64,000 nt of DNA from Reclinomonas americana ATCC 50394 (lineage: Eukaryota): positions 186,001-250,000 of the forward strand of contig PS015009.1 of assembly GCA_048213135.1 (NCBI GenBank), read 5' to 3'. The notes beneath the pieces were generated by a model. It made no database searches. It was given only the letters and a program-made list of their open reading frames with translations, and was not told where the DNA came from. A program made the translations under genes and the position numbers. Shown in pieces: positions 49,711 through 60,200 of this stretch. Position 1 is the first letter of the stretch, and each line of letters starts with the position of its first letter.

Positions 49711-50970
49711 ATGTACAGGCTCATCTTCTTACCGGTATTATGGCTATTCGTGCAACCAGCCGCATTTGCGCAGGACAATATTAAAAAATATGTCCAGGCC
49801 AATACCTCCGCTATTACAACCATTGAACCCGGCACTGCTGACAACAGCGACCTGGCAGCCATTGGTAAAGCCATTGGTGACGCAGAAATAGTAATGCTCG
49901 GTGAGCAGGATCATGGCGATGCGCCAACCTTTCTTGCTAAAACAAGGCTCATTCAATATCTCCATGAAAAGATGGGATTCAATGTACTGGCTTTTGAAAG
50001 CGATTTCTTTGGTCTTACAAATGGATGGGACCAGGTGAAAAAGAAACAAGCGATCACCGACTCTGTGATCAGGCATAACATTTATCCCATATGGACCTAC
50101 TGCAAAACGATCCAGCAGCTGTTCTTTCAATACATCCCTTCTTCCTTAACAACGAAAACACCATTACAACTCGCAGGATTCGACAGCCAGGTATACCTGC
50201 GACAGGTGGCGCCTGCGCTGGATAGCATACTGCGGAAGCACGATCTTGAAATAACAAAAAATAATGACTACAGTTCCGGTTTCCTGCCTATGTTGTTATC
50301 ATCATATAAGTATGCAAGGGATTCTGCCGCTAATAATAAGATCACGCAATTCCTTCTTACCGCCAGGTTACAGTTACAGGCTGTACTTCCGCCAAATGAT
50401 TTCTGGCTGATGGCAATGGATAACCTTGTTGAACAGAGCCGCCGGTTACTGCAGTGGGATGGCGACTATTGGCTCGACATGAACTCACGCGACAGTATGA
50501 TGGCAGTTAATCTGCGATGGCTGCAAAAAACGAAATTCCCCGGTGAGAAAATTATCGTGTGGGCGCATAACTACCACATCTCAAAATATGCAGGCCATTA
50601 CCCGGAAGATTTCCTGAATACAGCTAAGCCCATGGGCAGTGTGTTTACCATGGATAAAGAACAACTACAAAAGACCTATGTCATCGGGTTCACTTCTTAC
50701 GAAGGCAGGACCGGTCGCCTGAACGGGAATATTTACAAAGTAGATAAACCGGAGAACAGCAGTTTTGAAAACTGGATCGACCCATTCTTATCTTACGCTT
50801 TTGTTGATTTCAAACCCTACAATGCACAAGCCGGCATACCTGCAGACAACTTCAACCTGTCGGGCGCCGTTAAAGGGAACTGGTACCATAAAAATCATAA
50901 AGCGCAATGGAACCGTATTTTTGATGGCGTGTTTTTCATCCGGGAGATGTATCCGTGTAAAGAATATTAA
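49711..50970 (+). CDS. Erythromycin esterase family protein
   Basis: IVMLGEQDHG, GFNVLAFES, RDSMMAVN, IIVWAHNYH. Confidence 0.85.
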   Translation: MYRLIFLPVLWLFVQPAAFAQDNIKKYVQANTSAITTIEPGTADNSDLAAIGKAIGDAEIVMLGEQDHGDAPTFLAKTRLIQYLHEKMGFNVLAFESDFFGLTNGWDQVKKKQAITDSVIRHNIYPIWTYCKTIQQLFFQYIPSSLTTKTPLQLAGFDSQVYLRQVAPALDSILRKHDLEITKNNDYSSGFLPMLLSSYKYARDSAANNKITQFLLTARLQLQAVLPPNDFWLMAMDNLVEQSRRLLQWDGDYWLDMNSRDSMMAVNLRWLQKTKFPGEKIIVWAHNYHISKYAGHYPEDFLNTAKPMGSVFTMDKEQLQKTYVIGFTSYEGRTGRLNGNIYKVDKPENSSFENWIDPFLSYAFVDFKPYNAQAGIPADNFNLSGAVKGNWYHKNHKAQWNRIFDGVFFIREMYPCKEY

Positions 50971-50992
50971 ACAACCTATATAACTTTTATTT

Positions 50993-51502
50993 ATGAGCAT
51001 GATCGGCAATCTTCTACGGATATCTAATGCTGAACTGGATGCTTATCTTGAAGACAGTAACCTACTTGAAGAAAGGGTATATCCTGAAGAAGATATTCCT
51101 GATCCAAAATCGCTGGACATCGACAAAAGCTGGGCCGGGATCATGTTCCTTTTAAACGGTTGCGGGCTGGAAGAGATAGACTATGCAGAACGGCCTCTTA
51201 GTCTTGTCTTTTATAATCCTTCCGCTCATATCATCGACGAAAACCAGGACATGGGGTATGGCCCTGCCATCTATTGCACAGCCGAAGAGGTAAAAGAGAT
51301 TTCATCCGCCCTGGACGATATTTCAATTGAAGAACTGGAAAAAAGATATGATCCTGCCAGGATGGAACAATTAGAGATATATCCTTTTAGCTGGAAGGAG
51401 GAAGGAGCGTTTAACTACCTCGCTGACTATTTTAAAAGTATAAAAGAGTTTTACAAGGCAGCCGCGGACAGTAATGAAGCAGTCATTTCTTTTATCAACT
51501 AA
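50993..51502 (+). CDS. YfbM/DUF1877 family protein
   Basis: MSMIG..LDIDKSWAGIMFLL..GYGPA..IYP. Confidence 0.82.
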   Translation: MSMIGNLLRISNAELDAYLEDSNLLEERVYPEEDIPDPKSLDIDKSWAGIMFLLNGCGLEEIDYAERPLSLVFYNPSAHIIDENQDMGYGPAIYCTAEEVKEISSALDDISIEELEKRYDPARMEQLEIYPFSWKEEGAFNYLADYFKSIKEFYKAAADSNEAVISFIN

Positions 51503-51772
51503 AAATATTTTTTACCGGGCATCCTCTCACGGCAGCTTTTCCAGCCATTCGAAAGCCATCTTTATTTTCTTCTAATCCCTTTACTGATACAGGGTTACAG
51601 CCGATTTCCTTTATAGTGCATCGTACATTTACGCACGCCTACCGTGTTTCTACCTGCGGAAAAAGCGGGTTTGTTCACCCGTTAAAAAAATGGCATAACA
51701 ATTTGGTAAGAAAGAAGAAAACGCTCTATATTCAGATCGTTAACCAAAAAGCTCACTTAAAAAAACGCTATC

Positions 51773-52606
51773 ATGAAAAAACTTTTTTTTGTTCCCGCAC
51801 TGGTTTGCACGCTGGCAGTCGCTGTCGTAAGCTGTAAAAAAGCAAGTACCGATGACGCTTCCGGTCTTGATCAGAACGAAAGGCAACTCATTGCTTCGGC
51901 AGGTTTCAACAGCAACTGGGCTGAAAGAACCGCCGATGGCAGTTACCTGATTGAAGGCGATATCCTGCTCAGCAGGGCGCAACTGCAGGAAATGTCAGGA
52001 CAGGCCCCTGCGCACGAACTGATTGTTGCCAACGAGGAACATTACCGTACCACCAATGTAGTAAGCACACCAGGTACAGCACAAAGGATCATCACCGTAA
52101 GGCTGGGCTCCGGTTTCCCATCTTATTATTCAACCGGTCTTGACCAGGCGCTCGCCAGGTACAATAACCTTAACCTGCGAATCAAATTCCAGCGTGTAAC
52201 ATCAGGTGGCAACATCGTTATCAGCGGTGCCAACCTGGGTACCAGCGGTGGCGGTTGTATCCTGGGACAGGCTTCCGGCTTCCCTACTGCAAGCGGCAAT
52301 CCTTCCAGCGGCTTTACCCTCAGCACCAGCAGCTGCGCTACCAGCTACCTGAATACTGCTAATAAAGTGGATGAAGTGATCGCTCACGAGATCGGCCATT
52401 GCATCGGCTTCAGGCATACGGATTATATGAACCGCTCCAGCTGCGGACAGAATGTTAACGAAGGCACTGCCGGCGTTGGCGCTATCAATATCCCCGGAAC
52501 TCCAACTACTGTAACCGGTACCTACAATTCCTGGATGATGGCCTGCACCAACAACAATCCAGCTTTCAGCTCTTCCGACGGAGTAGCACTGAACTACGTA
52601 TACTAA
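51773..52606 (+). CDS. M57 family (dual-action HEIGH) metalloprotease lipoprotein
   Basis: Lipobox VSC; YLIEGDI; HEIGHCIGFRHTD. Confidence 0.88.
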   Translation: MKKLFFVPALVCTLAVAVVSCKKASTDDASGLDQNERQLIASAGFNSNWAERTADGSYLIEGDILLSRAQLQEMSGQAPAHELIVANEEHYRTTNVVSTPGTAQRIITVRLGSGFPSYYSTGLDQALARYNNLNLRIKFQRVTSGGNIVISGANLGTSGGGCILGQASGFPTASGNPSSGFTLSTSSCATSYLNTANKVDEVIAHEIGHCIGFRHTDYMNRSSCGQNVNEGTAGVGAINIPGTPTTVTGTYNSWMMACTNNNPAFSSSDGVALNYVY

Positions 52607-52623
52607 TCGTATTATCGTAATTA

Positions 52624-52654
52624 AAGATCCCCTTCTTTACCGGAGGGGATTTTT
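52624..52654 (+). terminator. Rho-independent terminator
   Basis: GATCCCCTTC-TTTACC-GGAGGGGATTTTT. Confidence 0.65.
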
Positions 52655-52683
52655 AATGCTTTATATTTATTCTTTCAAGAACT

Positions 52684-55371
52684 ATGCTTTCTTCTTCTCT
52701 ATATAGAAAAAAATATGTCCGCAGCATTTTTACCTGCCTCATGCTGTGCAGCTCCGTATCCGTAAGCATCGCTCAAAACAAGGCACTGCCCGGTACCAAC
52801 AGGCAAAAGCTTTCCCCTGACCTGCTCAACATTTCCGCAAAGGAACAGGATAAAGAACAACGCTTTACTATTGCCGGAACGGGCACCAGCGAACTAATTT
52901 CTGCATTGAAGAATATCATCACTCCGTTGCAGGTAGTACAGGTCAATGAAGCATCGCATGCTGTTGTGATCAAAACCAGTCTCCGGACTGTTTTGGATAA
53001 AATACTTCCGCTTAAGGAAGTGATCTTTGCCGACAGGCCCCTTACCGCACATACAGAAATCGCTATCATCGGCTATAACCGCAGCTTTCATGGCATTAAT
53101 GCCGTTGATTACAGTATCCCCGGTGCTAACGGTAAAAATATAATTGTGGGCGTGAAAGAACAAAGTATGGAATCTGCTGACCTCGATCTGTATAAAAGAG
53201 TATTGCCTTCTTCCGCAGCATCAGCGTCTGTCACCAGTCACGCTACGGTAATATCCTCCATCATTGGCGGAGCCGGTAACAGTTTTTATGATGGCAGGGG
53301 CATTGCCAATGGCTGCAAATTCTTCCCAAGTACATTCGACAATCTCTTTGCCGACGACGCTACCCTGCTCAACAATAATAAGGTGACGGTACAAAACCAT
53401 TCTTATGGCACCGTTATACAACAGTTCTACGGCGCCGAAGCTGTAAGCTACGATGCACTGACATGGAACAATAAAAATATTGTACCCGTTTTCTCCGCCG
53501 GTAACCAGGGAACCGCAGCCGCAGCTACCGGTACTTACAGCGGTATAGCTGGTTTTGCCAACCTCACTGGTAATTTTAAAATGGCGAAGAACATCATCAG
53601 TGTTGGCGCTGTTGATAATAAAGGCGTCATTGCACCGGAAAGTTCTGCCGGGCCTTTGTATGATGGAAGGATTGCCCCACAACTCACTGCGCTAGGTCCC
53701 AATGGCACATCTGACGCTGCTGCGATGGTCAGCGGTGCTATTGCCGTAATGCAACAGGTATATGCCGACAGCAACAGCCAGGCACTGCCTCCCGCGTCTC
53801 TTGTTAAAGCTCTTCTTTACAATAACGCCGACGATATTTATACCAAAGGAATTGATTTCAAAACAGGTTATGGACTTCTCAACAGTTATGCTGCTGTAAA
53901 AGCAGTACAGCAAAAAAAATATGATGGCGCTGTGCTGGCGCAGGGCCAAAGCTGGAGTAAAAATCTCACACTTCCCGCAAGCATCGCACAACTGAAAATA
54001 ACCTTATCGTGGACAGACAGTATTGCAGCACTTAACAACGGTAAAGCCCTGCTCAATGATCTTGACCTGGAAGTACAGGAGATGAGCAGTGGCACCATTT
54101 ACAAACCCTGGTGCCTTTCCACTGCCGCCCGTGCCGATTCACTGGCGAAAGAACCCATAAGAAAAAGAGATTCACTCAATACCTCCGAACAGGTAAGCAT
54201 CGCCTTACCTTCTGCCGGCGTATACCAGGTAAGGGTTACAGCGACCAGCCTGGCTAATACACTTGTACCATTCCACATCGCTTACCGTACCGACACATTG
54301 AACACCTTTCAATTTACCAGTCCGCAACATGCATCGGATGTAAACCCGGAAGAAGATCCGGAACTGCGTATCCGCTGGACAACCTTTGTTGCCGACACCA
54401 ACCAGACGGGGAATTTATACATCAGCTATAACAGTGGTGCTGCATGGCAACTACTGAAAGCCAATCATAAGATCTACACCAACCAATACCTGTGGCCCAT
54501 AAAAGATACCGCCAGCAGGGCCATACTGAAAATGGAGACCTCATTTGGCAATTTTTTTTCCAAAGAATTCATCATCAGTAAAGTGATACGTCCGCAGGTA
54601 GATTTTCTTTGCAATGATTCCTTCCGGCTGAGCTGGAACAAACATATTTACGCGAACGGGTATACAATTTTCTGTCTTACCGACAGCGCTTACCTTAAGC
54701 CCATACTTACCGTAACAGACAGTTTCGTGGTCATGAACAGGAGCCTGTACCCTTCTTTAGTGTATGCAGTAGAACCCCTTCCCGGCAACGGTATTCCTGC
54801 CGCCAGGAGCATTGCCTCCAATATTACTTTGCAGGGTGTGCAATGTTTTTATAAAACTTTTTACCATACCCTGCAGGACGGCAACCAGCTGAGACTGATC
54901 CTGGAGTTAAGTGCTCCTTCCTTTGTGGACAGTATTTATTTTGAACAGGTGACAGCATCGGGCCAGGTATTGAAAAATTATGAAGGAAAAAAAGTGACAG
55001 CACCGGGTGCTGTGTACGACCAGCTCATCAACGATGCGCCTTCCGGTACCAGTCACTGGCGGGCAAGGCTGAAAATGAAAAACGGCAGCACGCTGTACAC
55101 CGATATTATTGATGTGCTTACTTCAGGGAAAAAATATATCGTCTTTTATCCTAATCCCGTCAGCCGAAACAGCAGTTTGAATTATGTTACACAACAGGGT
55201 CTTCCACCCGGCAGCCAGTTACAGTTCTTTGACCTGGCAGGGAGATTACTCAGGACCTGCTCACCACCTGACAATGTAGATGTATCCAAATGGTCGGCAG
55301 GAATGGTATTGTATAAATTACTCTCTCCCGCTAACCTGTTACTTGAAACAGGAAAACTGCTGATCCAGTAA
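52684..55371 (+). CDS. S8 subtilisin-like serine peptidase with a probable T9SS sorting domain
   Basis: HAT, NHSYG, FSAGN and GTS motifs; C-terminal FYPNPV..FDLAGR..KLLIQ. Confidence 0.85.
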   Translation: MLSSSLYRKKYVRSIFTCLMLCSSVSVSIAQNKALPGTNRQKLSPDLLNISAKEQDKEQRFTIAGTGTSELISALKNIITPLQVVQVNEASHAVVIKTSLRTVLDKILPLKEVIFADRPLTAHTEIAIIGYNRSFHGINAVDYSIPGANGKNIIVGVKEQSMESADLDLYKRVLPSSAASASVTSHATVISSIIGGAGNSFYDGRGIANGCKFFPSTFDNLFADDATLLNNNKVTVQNHSYGTVIQQFYGAEAVSYDALTWNNKNIVPVFSAGNQGTAAAATGTYSGIAGFANLTGNFKMAKNIISVGAVDNKGVIAPESSAGPLYDGRIAPQLTALGPNGTSDAAAMVSGAIAVMQQVYADSNSQALPPASLVKALLYNNADDIYTKGIDFKTGYGLLNSYAAVKAVQQKKYDGAVLAQGQSWSKNLTLPASIAQLKITLSWTDSIAALNNGKALLNDLDLEVQEMSSGTIYKPWCLSTAARADSLAKEPIRKRDSLNTSEQVSIALPSAGVYQVRVTATSLANTLVPFHIAYRTDTLNTFQFTSPQHASDVNPEEDPELRIRWTTFVADTNQTGNLYISYNSGAAWQLLKANHKIYTNQYLWPIKDTASRAILKMETSFGNFFSKEFIISKVIRPQVDFLCNDSFRLSWNKHIYANGYTIFCLTDSAYLKPILTVTDSFVVMNRSLYPSLVYAVEPLPGNGIPAARSIASNITLQGVQCFYKTFYHTLQDGNQLRLILELSAPSFVDSIYFEQVTASGQVLKNYEGKKVTAPGAVYDQLINDAPSGTSHWRARLKMKNGSTLYTDIIDVLTSGKKYIVFYPNPVSRNSSLNYVTQQGLPPGSQLQFFDLAGRLLRTCSPPDNVDVSKWSAGMVLYKLLSPANLLLETGKLLIQ

Positions 55372-55387
55372 TGTATTAACTTGTTGC

Positions 55388-55789
55388 ATGCTGCTCTTAC
55401 GCCGCTTACTGAATGATTTTTTTTCAAAACGGGCTTTCCGCAAATATTGCTCCTGCCAATCTAATCCACCGGAGAATAACTGGGATGGGGTTGAAGAAGT
55501 GTATATAGGTTGCGACAAGACCAATGGCCGGTTTGCAGATGTTACGGCACGAATCTGTCCTTATTGCGGCTTCACCTGGCTGCGTTACCAGGTTGAATAC
55601 GAAGGGTTCAGTCATTCGGGGAGATGGTATTATGGCAGGATACCGGTAAAACAACTTTCAGTGCTGAAGCCTGAAGAAGCTGTATCCTGGCTGGAAAAAT
55701 CAAGCCCTTGTTTTTATGGTGGCAGTTATTATGAAACAGAAGGCCGCTTCCTTGAAGATCCGCGAGGTAATATCCATGTCGACCTGTAA
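55388..55789 (+). CDS. Hypothetical Cys-containing protein
   Basis: 133-aa ORF with CSC and CPYC; start uncertain. Confidence 0.55.
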   Translation: MLLLRRLLNDFFSKRAFRKYCSCQSNPPENNWDGVEEVYIGCDKTNGRFADVTARICPYCGFTWLRYQVEYEGFSHSGRWYYGRIPVKQLSVLKPEEAVSWLEKSSPCFYGGSYYETEGRFLEDPRGNIHVDL

Positions 55790-55919
55790 TTATCCCCGAT
55801 AAGTACAGCAAAAACTGGCTGTTCAATTTCCAGAAAGGATAACCGCTGAAAGGCGGAAAAAGAATAAAGAGAGAAAACCTGTAATGAGAATACGCTAATT
55901 CGTAATTAGTAATTCGTAA

Positions 55920-56435
55920 TTATTTATAAATATCAAGTAGCCCCTCCGGCAGGTTCACAAAAATTTTGCGGTTCTTTTTGTCCATTTTCTGCAGGCTTTC
56001 TTCATGGATGGGGATGAGCGCTTCTTTGCCATTCAGCATCAGTGTGCACAATAACTGGTGGGGCTGTTCAATCACTTCCAATACTTCGCCCAGGTCTTCT
56101 CCCTCATGAATGATATGAAAACCCAGCAGGGATATGGCAGAAGTGGCGGCGGCATATTTTTTAAAGTCTTCTTCGGTAATCCAGACTTCTTTGGGTGTGA
56201 GTTTGCGGGCTGTTTCTTTATCGTCTACACCTTCCAGTTTCAGGAAAGTCTCATTATCGCTTTTGATTTTTGTGACCTGGATAAAATAGGGCAGGAAACT
56301 TCCTTTTTTTTCCTCGATAAAAACGGCCTCCAGGCCTTTGAGTGAAGTCTTCTTCCCGAGGCTGTGCTCCAGTACCAGGTCACCTTTTAAGCCATGGCTG
56401 GCAGCCAGTTTTCCTATTTTGAAATATTGATCCAT
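55920..56435 (-). CDS. rimM: Ribosome maturation factor RimM
   Basis: IGKLAASHGLKG; LIP..LPEGLLD; follows rpsP. Confidence 0.93.
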   Translation of the reverse strand: MDQYFKIGKLAASHGLKGDLVLEHSLGKKTSLKGLEAVFIEEKKGSFLPYFIQVTKIKSDNETFLKLEGVDDKETARKLTPKEVWITEEDFKKYAAATSAISLLGFHIIHEGEDLGEVLEVIEQPHQLLCTLMLNGKEALIPIHEESLQKMDKKNRKIFVNLPEGLLDIYK

Positions 56436-56511
56436 AAGAGGCAAAGGTATTTTAACCGGGAGGCTTTGCCAAAGTGAAAATAAAATTTACAGTAACCCGG
56501 TTGTGTTTAAT

Positions 56512-56543
56512 AAAAAAGTCCTGTTGCTGGTGCAACAGGACTT
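56512..56543 (-). terminator. Terminator after rpsP
   Basis: AAGTCCTGTTGC-TGGT-GCAACAGGACTT with a T-tract on the minus strand. Confidence 0.75.
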
Positions 56544-56571
56544 GATCATGCGTTAACGGAACAGAGGTCTA

Positions 56572-57051
56572 TTATTCTTCTGTTTTAGGTTCTTCCGCGG
56601 CCGGGGCTTCTTCAGCTACCGGTGCTTCCACCTTCTCCGCCACTTTCCTCACTACAGGTTGGTTCTTACGATCCATACGTGCTTTTTTATGGGCACTCTG
56701 GCGACGGGCAATATGAGCATCATGCTCGCTGCTCCATTTCGTGAACTTTTCCATAGCTGCGGCTTCGTCAAACAATCCCAGGCCTACACCACGCAGTAAA
56801 TGCTTCAGGTACAGCACACCTTTGAAAGAAAGGATGCGACGTACAGTATCGGTGGGTTGAGCACCTTTCTGCAGCCAGTCCAATGCTTTCTGACGGTCTA
56901 CCTGGATAGTCGCAGGAACTGTCAGTGGATTGTACGTACCTAATTTTTGGATGAATTTACCATCGCGTGGGCTTCTGCCATCTGCTACTACGATGAAGTA
57001 AAAAGGGCGCTTCTTTGAGCCGTGCCTTTGCAGTCTCATTTTTACAGCCAT
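56572..57051 (-). CDS. rpsP: 30S ribosomal protein S16
   Basis: [32 protein letters not shown]. Confidence 0.97.
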   Translation of the reverse strand: MAVKMRLQRHGSKKRPFYFIVVADGRSPRDGKFIQKLGTYNPLTVPATIQVDRQKALDWLQKGAQPTDTVRRILSFKGVLYLKHLLRGVGLGLFDEAAAMEKFTKWSSEHDAHIARRQSAHKKARMDRKNQPVVRKVAEKVEAPVAEEAPAAEEPKTEE

Positions 57052-57231
57052 AAAATAGAAATTTTTGGTTGTTATTAAATAGGGTTTCTCCTTAAATAAG
57101 GACAGCGAAGATAATAACAGCTACCTAAACAGCCAAAACTTTAAGAAATATTAAGAAAATCCTGCCAAACCGGCTCCCCGCCGCCTTTTGTGAAGACTCA
57201 GCCCACCCATTCATCAACAGTTGATTACCTC

Positions 57232-60200
57232 CTATTTTATCATATTTTCCAGGTCGGATTTGATCTGCCGGATGGTTTTTATTTTCGAAACGGCACCCTC
57301 CGCCAGCGACAGCATGGTGATGAGGAACTCAAAATGAGACTTCTGCGATATTTTCTTGTTCTGTGACCCGGCGCTGTTCCATATCCCGGCAAACGCTTCC
57401 CGCAACTGCTTTTCCGCTGCTTTTTCGGCTCCTTTTCCTTCCAGCAGCCATAAAATGAGGCGGGCATTTACCTGGTCGATCCTGCCCCAGAAATCCATAT
57501 CCCCGGAAACATCGGCAGCCTGATCTATGAAAGTTTTTAACGCTTCTTTGATCTCTTTCAATGCCGGCAGGTGATAACGCTGAGGAGTGTCGGCACCCCA
57601 TTTGTGCTTGCCCAGTTCCACCAGTACATATTCAATGGCCAGCCAGTTACTCAGCGCATAGCCTTTATAATTATTATCCGTTTTAGTTACCGCTTTATGG
57701 AAATAGGAAGCCGCCTGTGCCAGCGCTGCCAGTTTTTGGGGCCGCGTGCTGCTGATGAGCGCCTTGCTTTTATACGCCTTGGCCATCAGGCAAAACCTTT
57801 CCGCCGTGGGACTCATACCCAGCAATTGCTCCATATCGCCGATCACTTTATCCAGTTTCGCAGGCTGACTGCTTTTACTGATACCGGCCATCCAGTCCGA
57901 CACACATTTCTTTGCCCGGATATTGCAATAGCGTTCCAGTGCTGTTACAGAAAAACCTGCCTGCTCCATGCGGAGAAGACTTTCAAATTTTTCGATGGCT
58001 TTCTCCTGCTGATTGAACTCTGCGTACGCGATGGCTTCTTTTTCCGTGATACCGGCATTCCGTATACCCTGCTCATCAACGGCCAGCGATATGGCTTCCA
58101 GGGTGCTGAGCAACGACGCGGCGGTGTAGCCCTTTACATCGGTTTTGTTCAGCAGGTTATCCAGGTCAATCACCGCTTCCTGTGGTATCATATAACGGTA
58201 AGGCTTAGCCGCTGATGGTTTACCCGGTTTAGCCAGGGTAAAGAAGGGGTCGCCGTAACACTGGTAGGCCCCCCAGGTGTTGGTATTGGGGTAACGGGTA
58301 AACGTGCTTTGCCTTGCGGCCAGTACCGCCTGACCGAAATTGTTACCGGCCAGCATCCTGCTGTAAAACACTTCTGTAAAATGATACGCGGCATCGTCAT
58401 CCACGGCCCAGCCCGCTGCCACCACCACTTTCACACCATTTTCAATCAGCTGCGTGCCGATGTTGGCCGCCAGCCTGAAACGGTCGCGGTAATATTTTTC
58501 GGCACCGCCATCCATCTTGCCCAGGAAACAGCAGTTCACAAACACCAGTTCGGGCACGGTACTCATCTGGCATATCTCCCTGGTGGACAGGAATACATTG
58601 TTACCGATCAACATACCGGAAGGCTGTGACAGGTCTTCATTGAATATACCATGACCAGCCAGGTGGATCACTTTGTAATCATCCTGGAACAGGGCCCTGA
58701 TGATGGCTGAAGAAGAGCTGTGAATACAGGTATTACCCGTATCGAAACCATTGTCGGATAGCAGGCGGTTCACCAGGTGCGCTTCTTTTTCGGCACCGGG
58801 CAACTGGCTGGCGAATGCATAACCCGCCAGGTCGGGATCGCCCACAATCAGTGCTTTACTGTTGGCCACGGGTTTAATGCGGATACGGAAATCTGGCGTG
58901 TACAACTGCCGGATCATACCGGCATTACAGCAAAGCGGCTGACTGCCATTGCCGGCGTCCTGCAACAATTCCCAGGGATAACCGGCAGTTACTTTATCAA
59001 GTATCCAGATGGTGTTGGACTGCCTGCGGATATTTTCCTTAAAATCATTCGGAATGAGCAACTCGAATACGGTACGGGCAAGGGCGTCGGACCAATGGTT
59101 ATCGGTAGACAGGTCATTGATCAGTTGTTCTATGATAACAGGTGTGGTGAACAGGTCACGCTGCTCTTCCCTGGCACTGCCGGTGGAAGCGCTGAAACGC
59201 AGTGAGCGCACAGGTTGTGCCGTATCTAGTTTTTGCTCCTCCATCAGCACAACGGAAATACGTTTCCACCATTCACTGGAGGACTCAAGCGGCAGCCGCA
59301 GCCTGGAACCAAACAGTTTCTTAATATGCTGGCCCGACAGGCGGATGTTCAGTGCTGTATTTTCTTCCGCCGCCAGCCGGGTAAGCGTGTACAGGCATTG
59401 CAGGCAACGGTCTTCATACAGTTCCACAAATTCAATATGCGTGATCGCATTCAGCTGGTCGAGCCCCATAGCCTGTATTTTATCATTGGCATTTTGTATG
59501 CCCTGTATGATGGCACGCAAAGAACTTTCGGTACTCAGCCCACCATACCCCGCTCCTATTAATAAAGAGGATATGCCATTTTCCGCATTATCCTTCATAC
59601 CCGTCGTTCTTGATTCCAGCATGTATTTCAGGATGCCCTGCTCTACGGTGAGAATAAGCTGGTAAACGGTAAGTGCGCCGGGATCACCTAACCCCATTAC
59701 CACGGTGCCATTAAAATCGGAACCCGCTTTCAGCATCACTTCATTACTTCCGATATCTCCTGGATACATACCCAATCGTTGCCGTTCCATCAGTGCGCCA
59801 CCCATATAATAATCGATCACCGATTCAGCACTCATAATGCCGTCATTCCTGAAATGCCCTACCAGTATGGGATATCGGCTATAGAGCAGGTCGCCATGAC
59901 TGATACTAACTTTAAGGGGTACACGATTTACTTCGGTTGTGGTTACCTTAGGTTCTGGCAGCCCCAGCAGGGTGCGTTCCAATCCGGCAGGATCAATATC
60001 AAAGCTTTCCTTTTCTGTTGCACGGAACACCGTACCGGCCGTCCGGGTAACAGGTCGTACTTTGCTGAGCAACCCTGTTTTACCTGTCGATAATATTTCC
60101 GCGATGCCATTAAAGATGGAAGGTTCATTGGCCAGCGCGCCATGCGTTACATTCACATAATACAATCCGTCGGAACCAATCAGTTGTTTGGGTATGCCCG

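Noticed and set aside
49711-50970. Macrolide resistance gene
   Set aside because: Family membership alone does not show resistance; it has a signal peptide and no mobile context.
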